The position numbers and the translations under genes are program-made. From a virus, in the IMG/VR virus record IMGVR_UViG_3300025137_003799, positions 15,711 to 79,710 of that record: a stretch of 64,000 nucleotides of DNA; one strand, given 5' to 3'. Every line of letters begins with the position of its first letter. The first letter of the stretch is position 1. Under the pieces are notes generated by a model, which saw only the letters and a program-made list of their open reading frames with translations, ran no database searches and was not told where the DNA came from. Positions 47,672-58,005 of the stretch are shown here, piece after piece.

Positions 47672-48570
47672 ATCCAGACTTCCATAATCATGGCAATAGT
47701 ATATGGAACCAACCATTTATTGACCATTTAAATGAGAACTTTTGGCCCACAATAGATCCGGCACACTTGCCACAAGAAGCTGATAAATTTTTAGAACTAT
47801 ATCCAGAATGGATTTCATCAAGTAAATTAAATCAGTTCCGTGGAATGGAAGGCTTTGAACATCGGTTTGTGAGTCTGGGAGCAACACAGGGTTTGGACTG
47901 GTGGCATTACTGGTGCATGGCAAACGGATATCGTCTGCGTATGTACAGAGGAGAATATCCATATAATAGAGATGTATTATTGGAAGGACAATGGACACAT
48001 GATCGCTTTATTGGTGATCGTCCACTAGCAAAGGGAGATGCTGTTATAGTTAGTCTGCCCTTTAGTGGTTCAGGTCGCAAGCCTACTGAGTGGAAAAATT
48101 TAATTGCTACATGCAATGAGAATAATATTCCTGTATTTGTTGATTGTGCTTGGTTCGGAACATGTACAGATATTGAAGTTAAACTAAATCAAGATTGTAT
48201 TAAAATGGTTGCATTTTCAACAACCAAAGGGTTGAGTTGTGGTAACTGGCGTGCAGGCATAGTCTTTAGTAGATTAAATGAAGGTAGTTTAGCAGTACAA
48301 ACAGAATGGCATCACGGTATCCATTTAAATTGTGCTATTGCAAATAGTTTAATGGAAAACTTTTCACCAGATACCATGCCTAAGAAGTACGCAGAAGCTC
48401 ATACAGCCGTATGTGATCACTATGGACTAGCAACTACTAATACAATACATATAGCACAAGCACCAATGACAGAAGACTGGAACCAATTCAGTAGAGACGG
48501 TGCATTTAATCGTGTTAATATACGAGACGCATTAAAAAGGTATAAGAAGAATGGCACGTTTGCCCAATAA
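47668..48570 (+). CDS. PLP-dependent fold-type I enzyme (aminotransferase-like)
   Basis: GATQ, VFVDCAW (PLP Asp), FSTTKG (Schiff-base Lys), RAG. Confidence 0.65.
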   Translation: MNPDFHNHGNSIWNQPFIDHLNENFWPTIDPAHLPQEADKFLELYPEWISSSKLNQFRGMEGFEHRFVSLGATQGLDWWHYWCMANGYRLRMYRGEYPYNRDVLLEGQWTHDRFIGDRPLAKGDAVIVSLPFSGSGRKPTEWKNLIATCNENNIPVFVDCAWFGTCTDIEVKLNQDCIKMVAFSTTKGLSCGNWRAGIVFSRLNEGSLAVQTEWHHGIHLNCAIANSLMENFSPDTMPKKYAEAHTAVCDHYGLATTNTIHIAQAPMTEDWNQFSRDGAFNRVNIRDALKRYKKNGTFAQ

Positions 48571-49867
48571 CGCATGTGCGTATCCATTTAAAGCAGTAAT
48601 GTTAATGCATGGACAACCTGCGACTCCTTGTTGTAGGTTCCATAGCCGTTTTATTGAAGATATAGATACAAAAGAGCTGGGCATAGCAATGGGTGGTACT
48701 GAGCGTGGCATCAATAATGATTTTATTAAGGTTATGCGTGGTCGTTTGCGTATGGATTTAAAAGAATATACGGATGATACATTCAAAGAGATACGTGAAA
48801 CTATGATGCGTAATGAATGGCACCCGGGTTGCTTTAAATGTAAGACAGATGAAGAAACAAAAGGACATTCAATGCGTACAGAAGCGAATGCTTTCTTTAC
48901 AGACTTTACAGATCAAACTCAACTACAGTATGTTGAAATAACTGTGGGTCGCAAGTGTAACCTAAAGTGTATGAGTTGTGGTCCGGAATATTCAACAAGA
49001 TGGGACGAAGATGCACTAAAGTTTCCTGAATTGGGTGTGTCACAGACTGATGTAGAACTTATGAAGAAGATCAATGAGGTTGATTTAGATGTAATAAAGC
49101 CGGAAACATTTAAAGACGTTAAGTATATCAAAGTAACAGGTGGTGAACCATTCCTACATCAACAGTTCCTGGATTTTATTGTTCGTTTAGCAGATTCAGG
49201 AGTTAGTACTAATATACACCTTGAGATATTTACAAATTGTACATGGTGGCCTAAAAAAACTGACTATGATGCACTAGCAACGTTTAGAAAGATTACTATT
49301 TGTCCAAGTATAGATGGCATAGGTGCTGTTAATGATGTATTAAGATTCCCCAGCAAGTGGGATAAGGTTGAAGCTACACTTGACAAGTGGATTGCAATGC
49401 GAGAACAGAATTCATGGGAACGTATTGAGATTAAAACAGCAACAACAATTAATGTAATCAATGCTCCCTATATGTATGAGTTTATGTTGTGGGCTAGGCA
49501 AGTTAAAAAGATTGGTGTTACCCTACAGACTGTTTATGAACCACATTACCTAAGTATACTTCACTGGCCTGACTGGTATAAAGAAAATTTGAAATATACA
49601 GTTAACAGTCAGTTCACAGAATACTTTGCTAATGACAAACACACCCAAAAACTAAAAAAGCTACTGTTGAACCTATGCAAACCCACAGGTGTTGAAGATC
49701 GTAGTTTTGAATATACTAATACAATTAAAAAATTATTAAGACACAGAAAGATACTTGATTTAGAAACAATTAGAAAATTTAAAGATCTAGTTGAGCTTGA
49801 TGCAACGCCTATTCCTGAATGGGGGCCGGGTAGTCGTTCAGATTGGAAAGGCAGAGGTAATGCATAA
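48551..49867 (+). CDS. radical SAM protein, N-terminal SPASM/twitch-like domain
   Basis: CAYPF..PCC..CFKC; CNLKCMSC; TGGEP. Confidence 0.9.
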   Translation: MARLPNNACAYPFKAVMLMHGQPATPCCRFHSRFIEDIDTKELGIAMGGTERGINNDFIKVMRGRLRMDLKEYTDDTFKEIRETMMRNEWHPGCFKCKTDEETKGHSMRTEANAFFTDFTDQTQLQYVEITVGRKCNLKCMSCGPEYSTRWDEDALKFPELGVSQTDVELMKKINEVDLDVIKPETFKDVKYIKVTGGEPFLHQQFLDFIVRLADSGVSTNIHLEIFTNCTWWPKKTDYDALATFRKITICPSIDGIGAVNDVLRFPSKWDKVEATLDKWIAMREQNSWERIEIKTATTINVINAPYMYEFMLWARQVKKIGVTLQTVYEPHYLSILHWPDWYKENLKYTVNSQFTEYFANDKHTQKLKKLLLNLCKPTGVEDRSFEYTNTIKKLLRHRKILDLETIRKFKDLVELDATPIPEWGPGSRSDWKGRGNA

Positions 49868-51068
49868 GTCAAAAACATTTTGCATGTTGCCTTTCATACA
49901 CATATACGGCTCAGCTGGTGGAAACCTAGTACCCTGTTGTGAAGCACAGGAAACTCCTCTAAACAATCCAGGCGAGTCTGCTGAGTTGGCCTGGAATAAC
50001 GAAAACTATAGAGAATTACGCAGAGCTCTTTCAAATGATGAACGCCCGGAACGTTGTCAGGTGTGTTGGCACAATGAAGACAGTGGTATTGTAAGTAATC
50101 GTCAGCAATGGGAAAAAGATAATTGGGATATGTATAGTGAAACTGTTGACGTACAAGCAGACTATTCAGTACTCAACAAACCAACATGGATAGAACTTAA
50201 GGTAAGTAACTTCTGTAACCTAAAATGTATTATGTGTTCAACTCATTCAAGTTATAAACGTGTACAGGACTTGGATATTATAAGCAAGTATCAGAAGGAT
50301 GGTCACGAAACACGTCTACTTCGCCCTACGGCGCTCATTGACAGTATTAGTGATTGGAGTGACATCTGGAGTACAGTCAAAGTACTGCAATTTACAGGTG
50401 GTGAACCTATTATTAATGAAGAACACTATACCCTATTGGCATCAATTCCAGCAGAACACAAACGAAATATAAAGCTACGTTATGCAACAAACATAAGCCA
50501 TATTAAATTTAAAAAACATGATTTAATTAAAATATGGAGTGAATTCAAACATGTTAACATTAAAGTAAGCATGGACGGTGTGGGATCAGTGTATGATTAT
50601 ATACGACAGGACGGTTCCTGGGATACAGTCTATGCTAATATGCTAACACTATCAACTATAGACACAATTGATTTGGCTGTGGGAATCACAGTACAAGCAC
50701 ACAACATATATCATATGCCGGAGTTCTACAAGTTCTGGAGTGAATCACCTATTGATCTAATGTTTATTACTGCTAATATACTACATACTCCAAAATATTT
50801 AAGTCCTGCCTTATGGCCAGACGAATATAGAGTAGCAATAATACAGAAATTAATATCAGCATTACCGGAGTTTCCGGAAATGAAACGATTTATAACATAT
50901 ATGAATAACAACTCAGAATATAATCCCGTGGGTTATGCTCGCATGCGAAAGTATACTCGTGATTTAGAAAATAGATATACAAAATCAACTACACTAAAGA
51001 GTATGATTAAAGACCATCTAAAAATTAGTTTAGAAGGCATGGACAAAGTTCAGGAGCGTATTCAATAA
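49860..51068 (+). CDS. radical SAM protein, N-terminal SPASM/twitch-like domain
   Basis: FCMLPF..PCC..CQVC; CNLKCIMC; TGGEP. Confidence 0.9.
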   Translation: MHKSKTFCMLPFIHIYGSAGGNLVPCCEAQETPLNNPGESAELAWNNENYRELRRALSNDERPERCQVCWHNEDSGIVSNRQQWEKDNWDMYSETVDVQADYSVLNKPTWIELKVSNFCNLKCIMCSTHSSYKRVQDLDIISKYQKDGHETRLLRPTALIDSISDWSDIWSTVKVLQFTGGEPIINEEHYTLLASIPAEHKRNIKLRYATNISHIKFKKHDLIKIWSEFKHVNIKVSMDGVGSVYDYIRQDGSWDTVYANMLTLSTIDTIDLAVGITVQAHNIYHMPEFYKFWSESPIDLMFITANILHTPKYLSPALWPDEYRVAIIQKLISALPEFPEMKRFITYMNNNSEYNPVGYARMRKYTRDLENRYTKSTTLKSMIKDHLKISLEGMDKVQERIQ

Positions 51069-52492
51069 TGCAACGAGGACAGAAAGCCTGGGACTATAGT
51101 CATACAGAACATGCATATCCGGTTGTTCATGTGTTCCAACCTGCTAACAAAGATCTAAATAAATGGCCCATACTTAAACAAAAGCTGGGCCTAGTACAAC
51201 AAGTGGAAAGTAATAATCATTTAAGAGGTGGCGTTGTAAATCTTTACAACACTATGGAAACAAGTTGGATAGTTGCTATGCATAAAATGGGCTACCGTTA
51301 TGCATGTATATGGTTTGATGGTGCTTGGGCTGATACACATGATTTTAATTTAGCACTACTTACAGAAATAGATAGATTAAATAAAACAGAATGGTTAGCC
51401 GCCGGACAAATACAAGCAAGAGATGATGAATACCCTTTCTTTACTCGTAACTGTGTACTACTAAACATTGCTACTTGGATGGCACAGGATCAACCCAATC
51501 CACATGTACAGCCTCCAGTCTATCCCAACTACATTGTAGTTGATGGCTTTGAAGATTCATGTTACAGTCTAGTGGAAGCAGAACCTACAGATCTAAGCTG
51601 GATGATATTTAATAAAGCTCAGCATTTTGCCAACGCTTGGATTGCCTGGAGTTTGAGACGACATCTAACAGTACCCGGACTAAGTGATGACTTTGCAGAT
51701 ACAATTACATTTACTCGTCCTATAAATGGTACAGATGAATTTCAGAAGGGTATTAGTGGAGAAGCATATGATCCAGAGCCTCTGAGCCACAGAGCCAAGT
51801 ATATGTGCAAACGATTAACTGATGTATCATCACCCATATACTTTGTTAACACTGAAAACTCAAGACCCGAAACAGTTGACTCACTAGTGGGTAGTAACTT
51901 TGAACAGTATGTAGGACCCTGTGCTGGTTTTAAATTATTATATTATGCATACAAGTATGGTGTTTCAGAATCAACAGAGTTTTTATTCTATGACTTTGAT
52001 CCAGATAGTGTGAAGTTTAAACAGGATACGCTTGAACATTGGACGGGCGATAACTTTGTTGCTTGGGTTAAGCAGTGGATATCAGCACACCCTGGAGTTA
52101 ACACAGAGCTTGAACATCAAGTACAGGAAAAGTGGGCGACTACGCTGGAACAGTTCGGTGGAGAATCAAGTTTCAAACGCTTCTGGGCAAGAGTACAGTC
52201 AGCTAAGTGGCAATGTTGTCAAGTGGATCTAATTAACGATTACCAACAGTTGGTAAATACTATGCAACACAAAAGAACATTCTTTTGGAGTAGTAATATC
52301 TATAGTTACATGCCAATTAAACTCTCCAGTGACAGCTTTGCAATGGAAAATAGTTTTATTAATATAATTAAAACGCTTAACACTAAACCCGACAGTTGGT
52401 TTAGTGGAACAGACATCAATGACAATGATCTAATGTGTCCAAGTACCGCAATACTAAGTGTACAGGACAACAACAATATAGGATTCGAATAA
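51068..52492 (+). CDS. two-domain hypothetical protein (paralog of 52496)
   Basis: WFDGAW, LLNI..W, YFVNTE, PCAG, YDFD, SNIY. Confidence 0.7.
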   Translation: MQRGQKAWDYSHTEHAYPVVHVFQPANKDLNKWPILKQKLGLVQQVESNNHLRGGVVNLYNTMETSWIVAMHKMGYRYACIWFDGAWADTHDFNLALLTEIDRLNKTEWLAAGQIQARDDEYPFFTRNCVLLNIATWMAQDQPNPHVQPPVYPNYIVVDGFEDSCYSLVEAEPTDLSWMIFNKAQHFANAWIAWSLRRHLTVPGLSDDFADTITFTRPINGTDEFQKGISGEAYDPEPLSHRAKYMCKRLTDVSSPIYFVNTENSRPETVDSLVGSNFEQYVGPCAGFKLLYYAYKYGVSESTEFLFYDFDPDSVKFKQDTLEHWTGDNFVAWVKQWISAHPGVNTELEHQVQEKWATTLEQFGGESSFKRFWARVQSAKWQCCQVDLINDYQQLVNTMQHKRTFFWSSNIYSYMPIKLSSDSFAMENSFINIIKTLNTKPDSWFSGTDINDNDLMCPSTAILSVQDNNNIGFE

Positions 52493-52495
52493 TAA

Positions 52496-53959
52496 ATGGA
52501 AATGAATATACACTTTAAAGATGAAGGTAAAGAAATAATACACGTCTTTACAGGAACAGGTGACGGTGCTGAAACAGAACCTGAACTAACTGCACACTTA
52601 AGACAGATACTAAAAATAAAACTAACTAATTCTTGTGACTACAGTTGGTGTGAGCTGGGTGATCCCTATAACAAATCCTGGATTAAACATCTAGCTAACT
52701 TGGGATACCACTTAGCAGTTGTATGGTATGATGGTGCATGGCCAGAGAGTTCAGATTTAGAAACAGAACTAAAGAGTTGGTGGGCTAAACAAAGCATTTC
52801 AGATACTCCCTGGGTGTTTAGTGGACAATTAATATATAGAGCTGATCGCGAACGTCCTGACTATCCACATGTATATCCGGGTTGTGCTATTATTAATCTA
52901 CAGGAATACTTAGTAGCAGGCGAACCCAGTCCTTTATTCTTTGATACAGCAACTCGTATGCCTTGCTTTCGTCTAAGTGGTGAAAATATACATGATGATT
53001 ATACTCCAACTTGGATTGAGCGTGATGCGGGCGAGCTGTCAAAAGAATCACATACCTTTCCCGGAACATATCTGGATCATCTAATACCAAACAGTTTAGT
53101 AAAAGATTATAGAGTAATTAACTTACCACAGGCCATACGTAGAAATATGCACAGTTGTTATCCTGAAGATGATATTGAATCAACTAAGAAATGGTTATTG
53201 GATCCGGACTTTTTAAAAGACAAAACACCACAAGAAGTAAAGGAGTTTGGCTATACCCTACCGGAAGACAAAATGGAATTGTATGGTTACAAGATACAAC
53301 AGTTTCAAGTACTGTATGTTACCAACACAGAGAATGTACCCAAGCGAGATAGTGAACTTGATTCAGTAGGCTTTACTAAACATGTTGTACCCTGTGCCGG
53401 ATTACATCAGTTCTGGCATTTGTTACAGGATCAGGATACTCTAAGTTCAGTACTATGGTATGACTTTAATCCCTATGCAATTCAATGGACAGAGATGATC
53501 CTAATGGAATGGGACGGCAGAGACTTTGTTAAGTTTTATGAAGATAATATTTCACGAATCATTTCAGATGGTGTTATTGCTGAGGACTGTGTTATATTTA
53601 ATCCTGAACTATATCATGAACTAGTAGCGACTATAGGAGAAGATTCAACAGGACAATTACAGGGTTGGGATTATATACAGAGTCTAGATCATGACTTTTT
53701 AGAGTGTGACATAGTAAATAACTGGAGAGAGTTTTGTGAAACAATTGGTTATAACAATCGTTTGTTTCTACAGTTAACAAATATCTGGCAATATGAAAGT
53801 AATTATTTAAATACAACGGCACTACAAGCACAGACAAGTTTTTTAAATATAATTAAAACGCTGTTGGATACAAATTTAGATGTTTATTTTACTGGCAACT
53901 CACCGGGAGGACAACATTTTACTTACGCTAATATGCGATTACATAGGAGTATACTATAA
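52496..53959 (+). CDS. two-domain hypothetical protein (paralog of 51068)
   Basis: WYDGAW, IINL, YVTNTE, PCAG, YDFN, TNIW. Confidence 0.7.
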   Translation: MEMNIHFKDEGKEIIHVFTGTGDGAETEPELTAHLRQILKIKLTNSCDYSWCELGDPYNKSWIKHLANLGYHLAVVWYDGAWPESSDLETELKSWWAKQSISDTPWVFSGQLIYRADRERPDYPHVYPGCAIINLQEYLVAGEPSPLFFDTATRMPCFRLSGENIHDDYTPTWIERDAGELSKESHTFPGTYLDHLIPNSLVKDYRVINLPQAIRRNMHSCYPEDDIESTKKWLLDPDFLKDKTPQEVKEFGYTLPEDKMELYGYKIQQFQVLYVTNTENVPKRDSELDSVGFTKHVVPCAGLHQFWHLLQDQDTLSSVLWYDFNPYAIQWTEMILMEWDGRDFVKFYEDNISRIISDGVIAEDCVIFNPELYHELVATIGEDSTGQLQGWDYIQSLDHDFLECDIVNNWREFCETIGYNNRLFLQLTNIWQYESNYLNTTALQAQTSFLNIIKTLLDTNLDVYFTGNSPGGQHFTYANMRLHRSIL

Positions 53960-54696
53960 TGTGGTATGAAGGAGACATACAAAAATTTGAAGATGTAAAT
54001 GAAGAAACTGTATTATTCTTTATGGAGAACGAACACCTAAAACCAAAATTTGCTGGTGTTGATAATAGTGAACTATTACTAAAATCTGATGATTTGAATA
54101 CTATAGGTGATGTTACAAACTATCCCTGGGCACCTGTTGATATCGCAGTACCCTGGAAAGAAATATTTGACGAAGCGAATCATTTGTTGTATACTAGTTG
54201 TTATACACTACACCGTCCCGATTCAAGTGGCTGGTTAAGTTTGTGTATGTATGGTATGAGTTCAGTACATACAAATGTTCCGGAAGACTATGGACTACCG
54301 GATAGTGCTGAGAATGATTTGAGCGATTGGACAGATATATCAAAATTTTGTCCTCGTACTAAGGAATGGATGCAGGATGAAATGTTGTATGAACGTTTTA
54401 GTCGTGTACGTTTCATGGCAGTATTACCGGGAGGATGGTTGGCTCCGCATGCGGATAAAGACACCATGGGTTTCGGTGCTACCAATGTGGCAATTAATAA
54501 TCCAGATGGTTGTGGATTAGTAATGGAAGACTGGGGTACGTTGCCTTTTACTCCGGGTTCAGTATTTAAAATTAATACTGGATACAAACATGCAGTATGG
54601 AATAGAAGCGAGGAACCTCGTATACATATGATATTTGATGGCGACCCAAGTGACGACTTTAAAAGAAAGGTCAATACTGGCTATGCCGGAATGTAA
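53959..54696 (+). CDS. 2OG-Fe(II) oxygenase (Asp/Asn beta-hydroxylase-like)
   Basis: RVRFM..PGG..PHAD; HAVWNRSEEPRIHMI. Confidence 0.8.
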   Translation: MWYEGDIQKFEDVNEETVLFFMENEHLKPKFAGVDNSELLLKSDDLNTIGDVTNYPWAPVDIAVPWKEIFDEANHLLYTSCYTLHRPDSSGWLSLCMYGMSSVHTNVPEDYGLPDSAENDLSDWTDISKFCPRTKEWMQDEMLYERFSRVRFMAVLPGGWLAPHADKDTMGFGATNVAINNPDGCGLVMEDWGTLPFTPGSVFKINTGYKHAVWNRSEEPRIHMIFDGDPSDDFKRKVNTGYAGM

Positions 54697-55657
54697 GATT
54701 TTTGATCACGGAGTTTGTGTAGGGCCAACAGGTGCAGTTAGGCCTTGTTGTGCTTTTATGACACAGGGCATTCCAAATATGCGGTGGGAAGAAAATTGGA
54801 GACCTCGACATGATGCTTGGCGAGAAAAATCAAAAACTACATGGCTTGATCAATGTATAGAATGTAAACAGGATGAAGAAATAAATGGTCACAGTCTACG
54901 CATGTACTACAATGAAGAACTGGAATACGCTGAAGGTATTAAGTATTGGGATTTAAAAATTAACAATACATGCAATCTAGCTTGTAGAATGTGTGATCCA
55001 ACTTCATCAAGTATCTGGCAACAGATAGCAATAAACGATCCGGACAGGCAACTAGCTTCACATTATCACAACAAAGTAGATGGAAAGTGGCATAAGGAAG
55101 CAAAAGACTTTTTATATAGAATGGTTGACGCAAGTCACGTAAAGTTTACAGGTGGAGAACCATTTCTAATACCACAAGTTAAGAAAATTATTGAAGGGCT
55201 AATAGATATGGACGTTGCGGCCGCTGTTAACCTACAATTAATTACAAACGGTACACACAATATATCAAAATGGAACCATTTGTTTGCGGAATTCAAAAGA
55301 GTAAATATAAGTATAAGTTTAGATGCTATCGGAAAACGTTACGAATATATCCGTCCGGGTGCTTCGTGGGAACAAGTTAGCACTAATGTACTGGATTGGA
55401 ATGCTTCAAAAGGTAAAAATAGTAACATATGGATTACAGCCCTACCAATGATTTTAAATAAAGATCATTTATGGCAAGTAGAAGAATGGTGTAGCAAAAA
55501 TAAATTAAATTTTGGGGCAGCATCACCTTGTATTAATCCAGCGTTTTTACGCACTACAGCGTGGGACGATCCAAAATTAAGAGTTAAGTTTATAGAACAA
55601 ATGGAAATATTGGACAAAATACACAACACCAACTGGAGAGACTTCGTAAATGAGTAA
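54683..55657 (+). CDS. radical SAM protein, N-terminal SPASM/twitch-like domain
   Basis: C..RPCC..CIEC; CNLACRMC; TGGEP. Confidence 0.9.
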   Translation: MPECKIFDHGVCVGPTGAVRPCCAFMTQGIPNMRWEENWRPRHDAWREKSKTTWLDQCIECKQDEEINGHSLRMYYNEELEYAEGIKYWDLKINNTCNLACRMCDPTSSSIWQQIAINDPDRQLASHYHNKVDGKWHKEAKDFLYRMVDASHVKFTGGEPFLIPQVKKIIEGLIDMDVAAAVNLQLITNGTHNISKWNHLFAEFKRVNISISLDAIGKRYEYIRPGASWEQVSTNVLDWNASKGKNSNIWITALPMILNKDHLWQVEEWCSKNKLNFGAASPCINPAFLRTTAWDDPKLRVKFIEQMEILDKIHNTNWRDFVNE

Positions 55658-56861
55658 AAAATTACCAAGTGATACATTTTGCGTTTTACCTTTTATGCAC
55701 GCCGCAGTAAGTCCTACTGGCAGTTTTAGAGTATGTTGTAATAGTAATCCTAAAAATAATAAAATTATGAAAACTCCCGAGAAGGAGTTTAAAATGTTTA
55801 GAGATGATATTAACGAAGCATGGAACTCAGCAGACTATAAAAAGATTCGTAAGGAATTTATAGCTGGTGAACGTCCTGAAACATGTCAACGTTGTTTTAG
55901 AGAAGAAGATGCAGGCATACGTTCACCACGTATAGGTTACAATGAAAAGTGGTGGCGAGATGATGTACAAGTAGCAGAGGAAATACCTTTAGATGTACGT
56001 TATGTTGATATACGATTAGGTAATTTGTGTAATTTAAAATGTCGTATGTGTAATCCCTGGAGCTCAAGTATGTGGGTTAAGGATTGGAATAAGATTGTAG
56101 ACACAGCAGAACTGGCACCTAACGAACCACTTAGTGATAAAGATTTATCCTGGATGGGACAGCTGGGTGAGTGGCCAGATCGTGAACAGACAGGTGTTAA
56201 CTTTGTTGAAATAGCAAGTACTATTAAAGAAATATATTTAACTGGCGGTGAACCCACACTAGCCACAAGTCAGTATGCACTATTTGATTATTGTATTAAA
56301 AATGATCTAGCCGCCGGCATTAAATTAAAATATAATACTAATTTAACAAATGTACCGGACAAAATGATTGATTATTGGAGTCACTTTAAAGGCGTACAAC
56401 TTAATGCAAGTATTGATGCAACAGGTGCCCGTGACAGATACATTCGTTATCCCAGCAGTTGGAAACGTATTGTGGAAATCTTTGACAAACTAAACGCTCT
56501 ACCCAATGTAGCAATGCAGATACATTGTACAGTTCAGGGACTAAACATGTGTGCAATGCCAGAACTATTGGATTGGATTAAGAGCAAGGGATTACGAGAT
56601 GATCAGATATATTTAAATATATTAAATCATCCAGAAAGTATGAATATACGAACCCTTCCTCATGAACTGAAGGTAATGGCAGAAAATAGCCTACAGGACT
56701 ACTTGCACATACCAAAAGTATCTGATACAATCAAGTATATGTGGGCAGAAGACTGGCATGAGAAACGCTGGAAAGAGTTTGTAGCGTTTAATACCAAAGC
56801 AGATGAATTACAAAAAGGAAATCTATTGGAAGTATGTCCGGAGTTTGCTGGGCATGTCTGA
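55650..56861 (+). CDS. radical SAM protein, N-terminal SPASM/twitch-like domain
   Basis: FCVLPF..RVCC..CQRC; CNLKCRMC; TGGEP. Confidence 0.9.
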   Translation: MSKKLPSDTFCVLPFMHAAVSPTGSFRVCCNSNPKNNKIMKTPEKEFKMFRDDINEAWNSADYKKIRKEFIAGERPETCQRCFREEDAGIRSPRIGYNEKWWRDDVQVAEEIPLDVRYVDIRLGNLCNLKCRMCNPWSSSMWVKDWNKIVDTAELAPNEPLSDKDLSWMGQLGEWPDREQTGVNFVEIASTIKEIYLTGGEPTLATSQYALFDYCIKNDLAAGIKLKYNTNLTNVPDKMIDYWSHFKGVQLNASIDATGARDRYIRYPSSWKRIVEIFDKLNALPNVAMQIHCTVQGLNMCAMPELLDWIKSKGLRDDQIYLNILNHPESMNIRTLPHELKVMAENSLQDYLHIPKVSDTIKYMWAEDWHEKRWKEFVAFNTKADELQKGNLLEVCPEFAGHV

Positions 56862-58005
56862 TACATATTGCAATGAGCCCTGGAGAACCGCACACTATGA
56901 TGAAGTGGGTAAGCTAGGACCTTGTTGTACATATAGAGGTAAACGTCCCGACTTTACTAAAATAGATGACTACTGGTCAAGTGAGTGGTTACGAGACTTT
57001 CGTGAGAAATTAGGTACAGGCATAAAAGAAGAGGGTTGCTTTAACTGTTGGCGTAAGGAAGATCGTGGAGAATACAGCCAGAGAACAGATAAAAATAGAC
57101 GCCACGGCTATATAGATAAACCCAAACTAGAGGAATTGTTTTTAAGTTTTGGAAATATATGTAATAAAAGTTGTGGTGTATGTAGACCCAGTCGTAGCCA
57201 TTTAATTGCAAAAGAATATAAGTCAATACCCAAAGACAATAATTGGTTATTAACTTTACCCGGTAACAAAACACAGAAAGTTCTTAGTGATAAAAAATAT
57301 TCAGGACATTACTTAGAGCATTTTGAGGATTATAAGTCAGCACTTGAGTCAGCCGATACAATTTATTTGGATGGTGGTGAACCTTTTATTGTTAGTCAGT
57401 GTACAGAAATACTGGAATACTTAATTGCAAAAGGTATGACACATAAGAAGATCAAAGCCGGAACAAACGGTTCAGTTACTGATAGTCAGTTGGAACTACT
57501 GAGTAAATTTAAGTCAGTTAGTTTCCATTTAAGTATAGACGGTATAGAAGAATTATATCCAGTTGTACGCCCGCCACATGATTGGCAATGGTTCCTGGAT
57601 AGTCAGTCACGTATACAGAAGTATCCACGTATGAATATTACATATGCCTGTGTTATTCATGCATTTAATATACATCAGTTACCTCGTATGGTTCGTTACT
57701 TTATAGATCAAAGACGAGTCCATGCTAAGACACATATATTCTTTAGTCAGATAAATTCAAACAAACATTTAGAACCTAGTGTTGTACCAATAGAAGTTAT
57801 GAACCAGACGATAAAAGAATTAAAATTAATTGTTAAAACTTCAACAAATGACGACAAGCGACAAGTTAAACAGATGATTCAACATTTGGAAATGCAGTTA
57901 CAAAAAGATGATCCTGATGTTAAAAAGAGCTTTGATCTTTATTGCGATACATTTTCAAAAATAAAGAATATTAAATACGGAGAACATATACCGTGGATCG
58001 CATGA
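56854..58005 (+). CDS. radical SAM protein, N-terminal SPASM/twitch-like domain
   Basis: YCNEPW..PCC..CFNC; CNKSCGVC; GGEP. Confidence 0.9.
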   Translation: MSDTYCNEPWRTAHYDEVGKLGPCCTYRGKRPDFTKIDDYWSSEWLRDFREKLGTGIKEEGCFNCWRKEDRGEYSQRTDKNRRHGYIDKPKLEELFLSFGNICNKSCGVCRPSRSHLIAKEYKSIPKDNNWLLTLPGNKTQKVLSDKKYSGHYLEHFEDYKSALESADTIYLDGGEPFIVSQCTEILEYLIAKGMTHKKIKAGTNGSVTDSQLELLSKFKSVSFHLSIDGIEELYPVVRPPHDWQWFLDSQSRIQKYPRMNITYACVIHAFNIHQLPRMVRYFIDQRRVHAKTHIFFSQINSNKHLEPSVVPIEVMNQTIKELKLIVKTSTNDDKRQVKQMIQHLEMQLQKDDPDVKKSFDLYCDTFSKIKNIKYGEHIPWIA

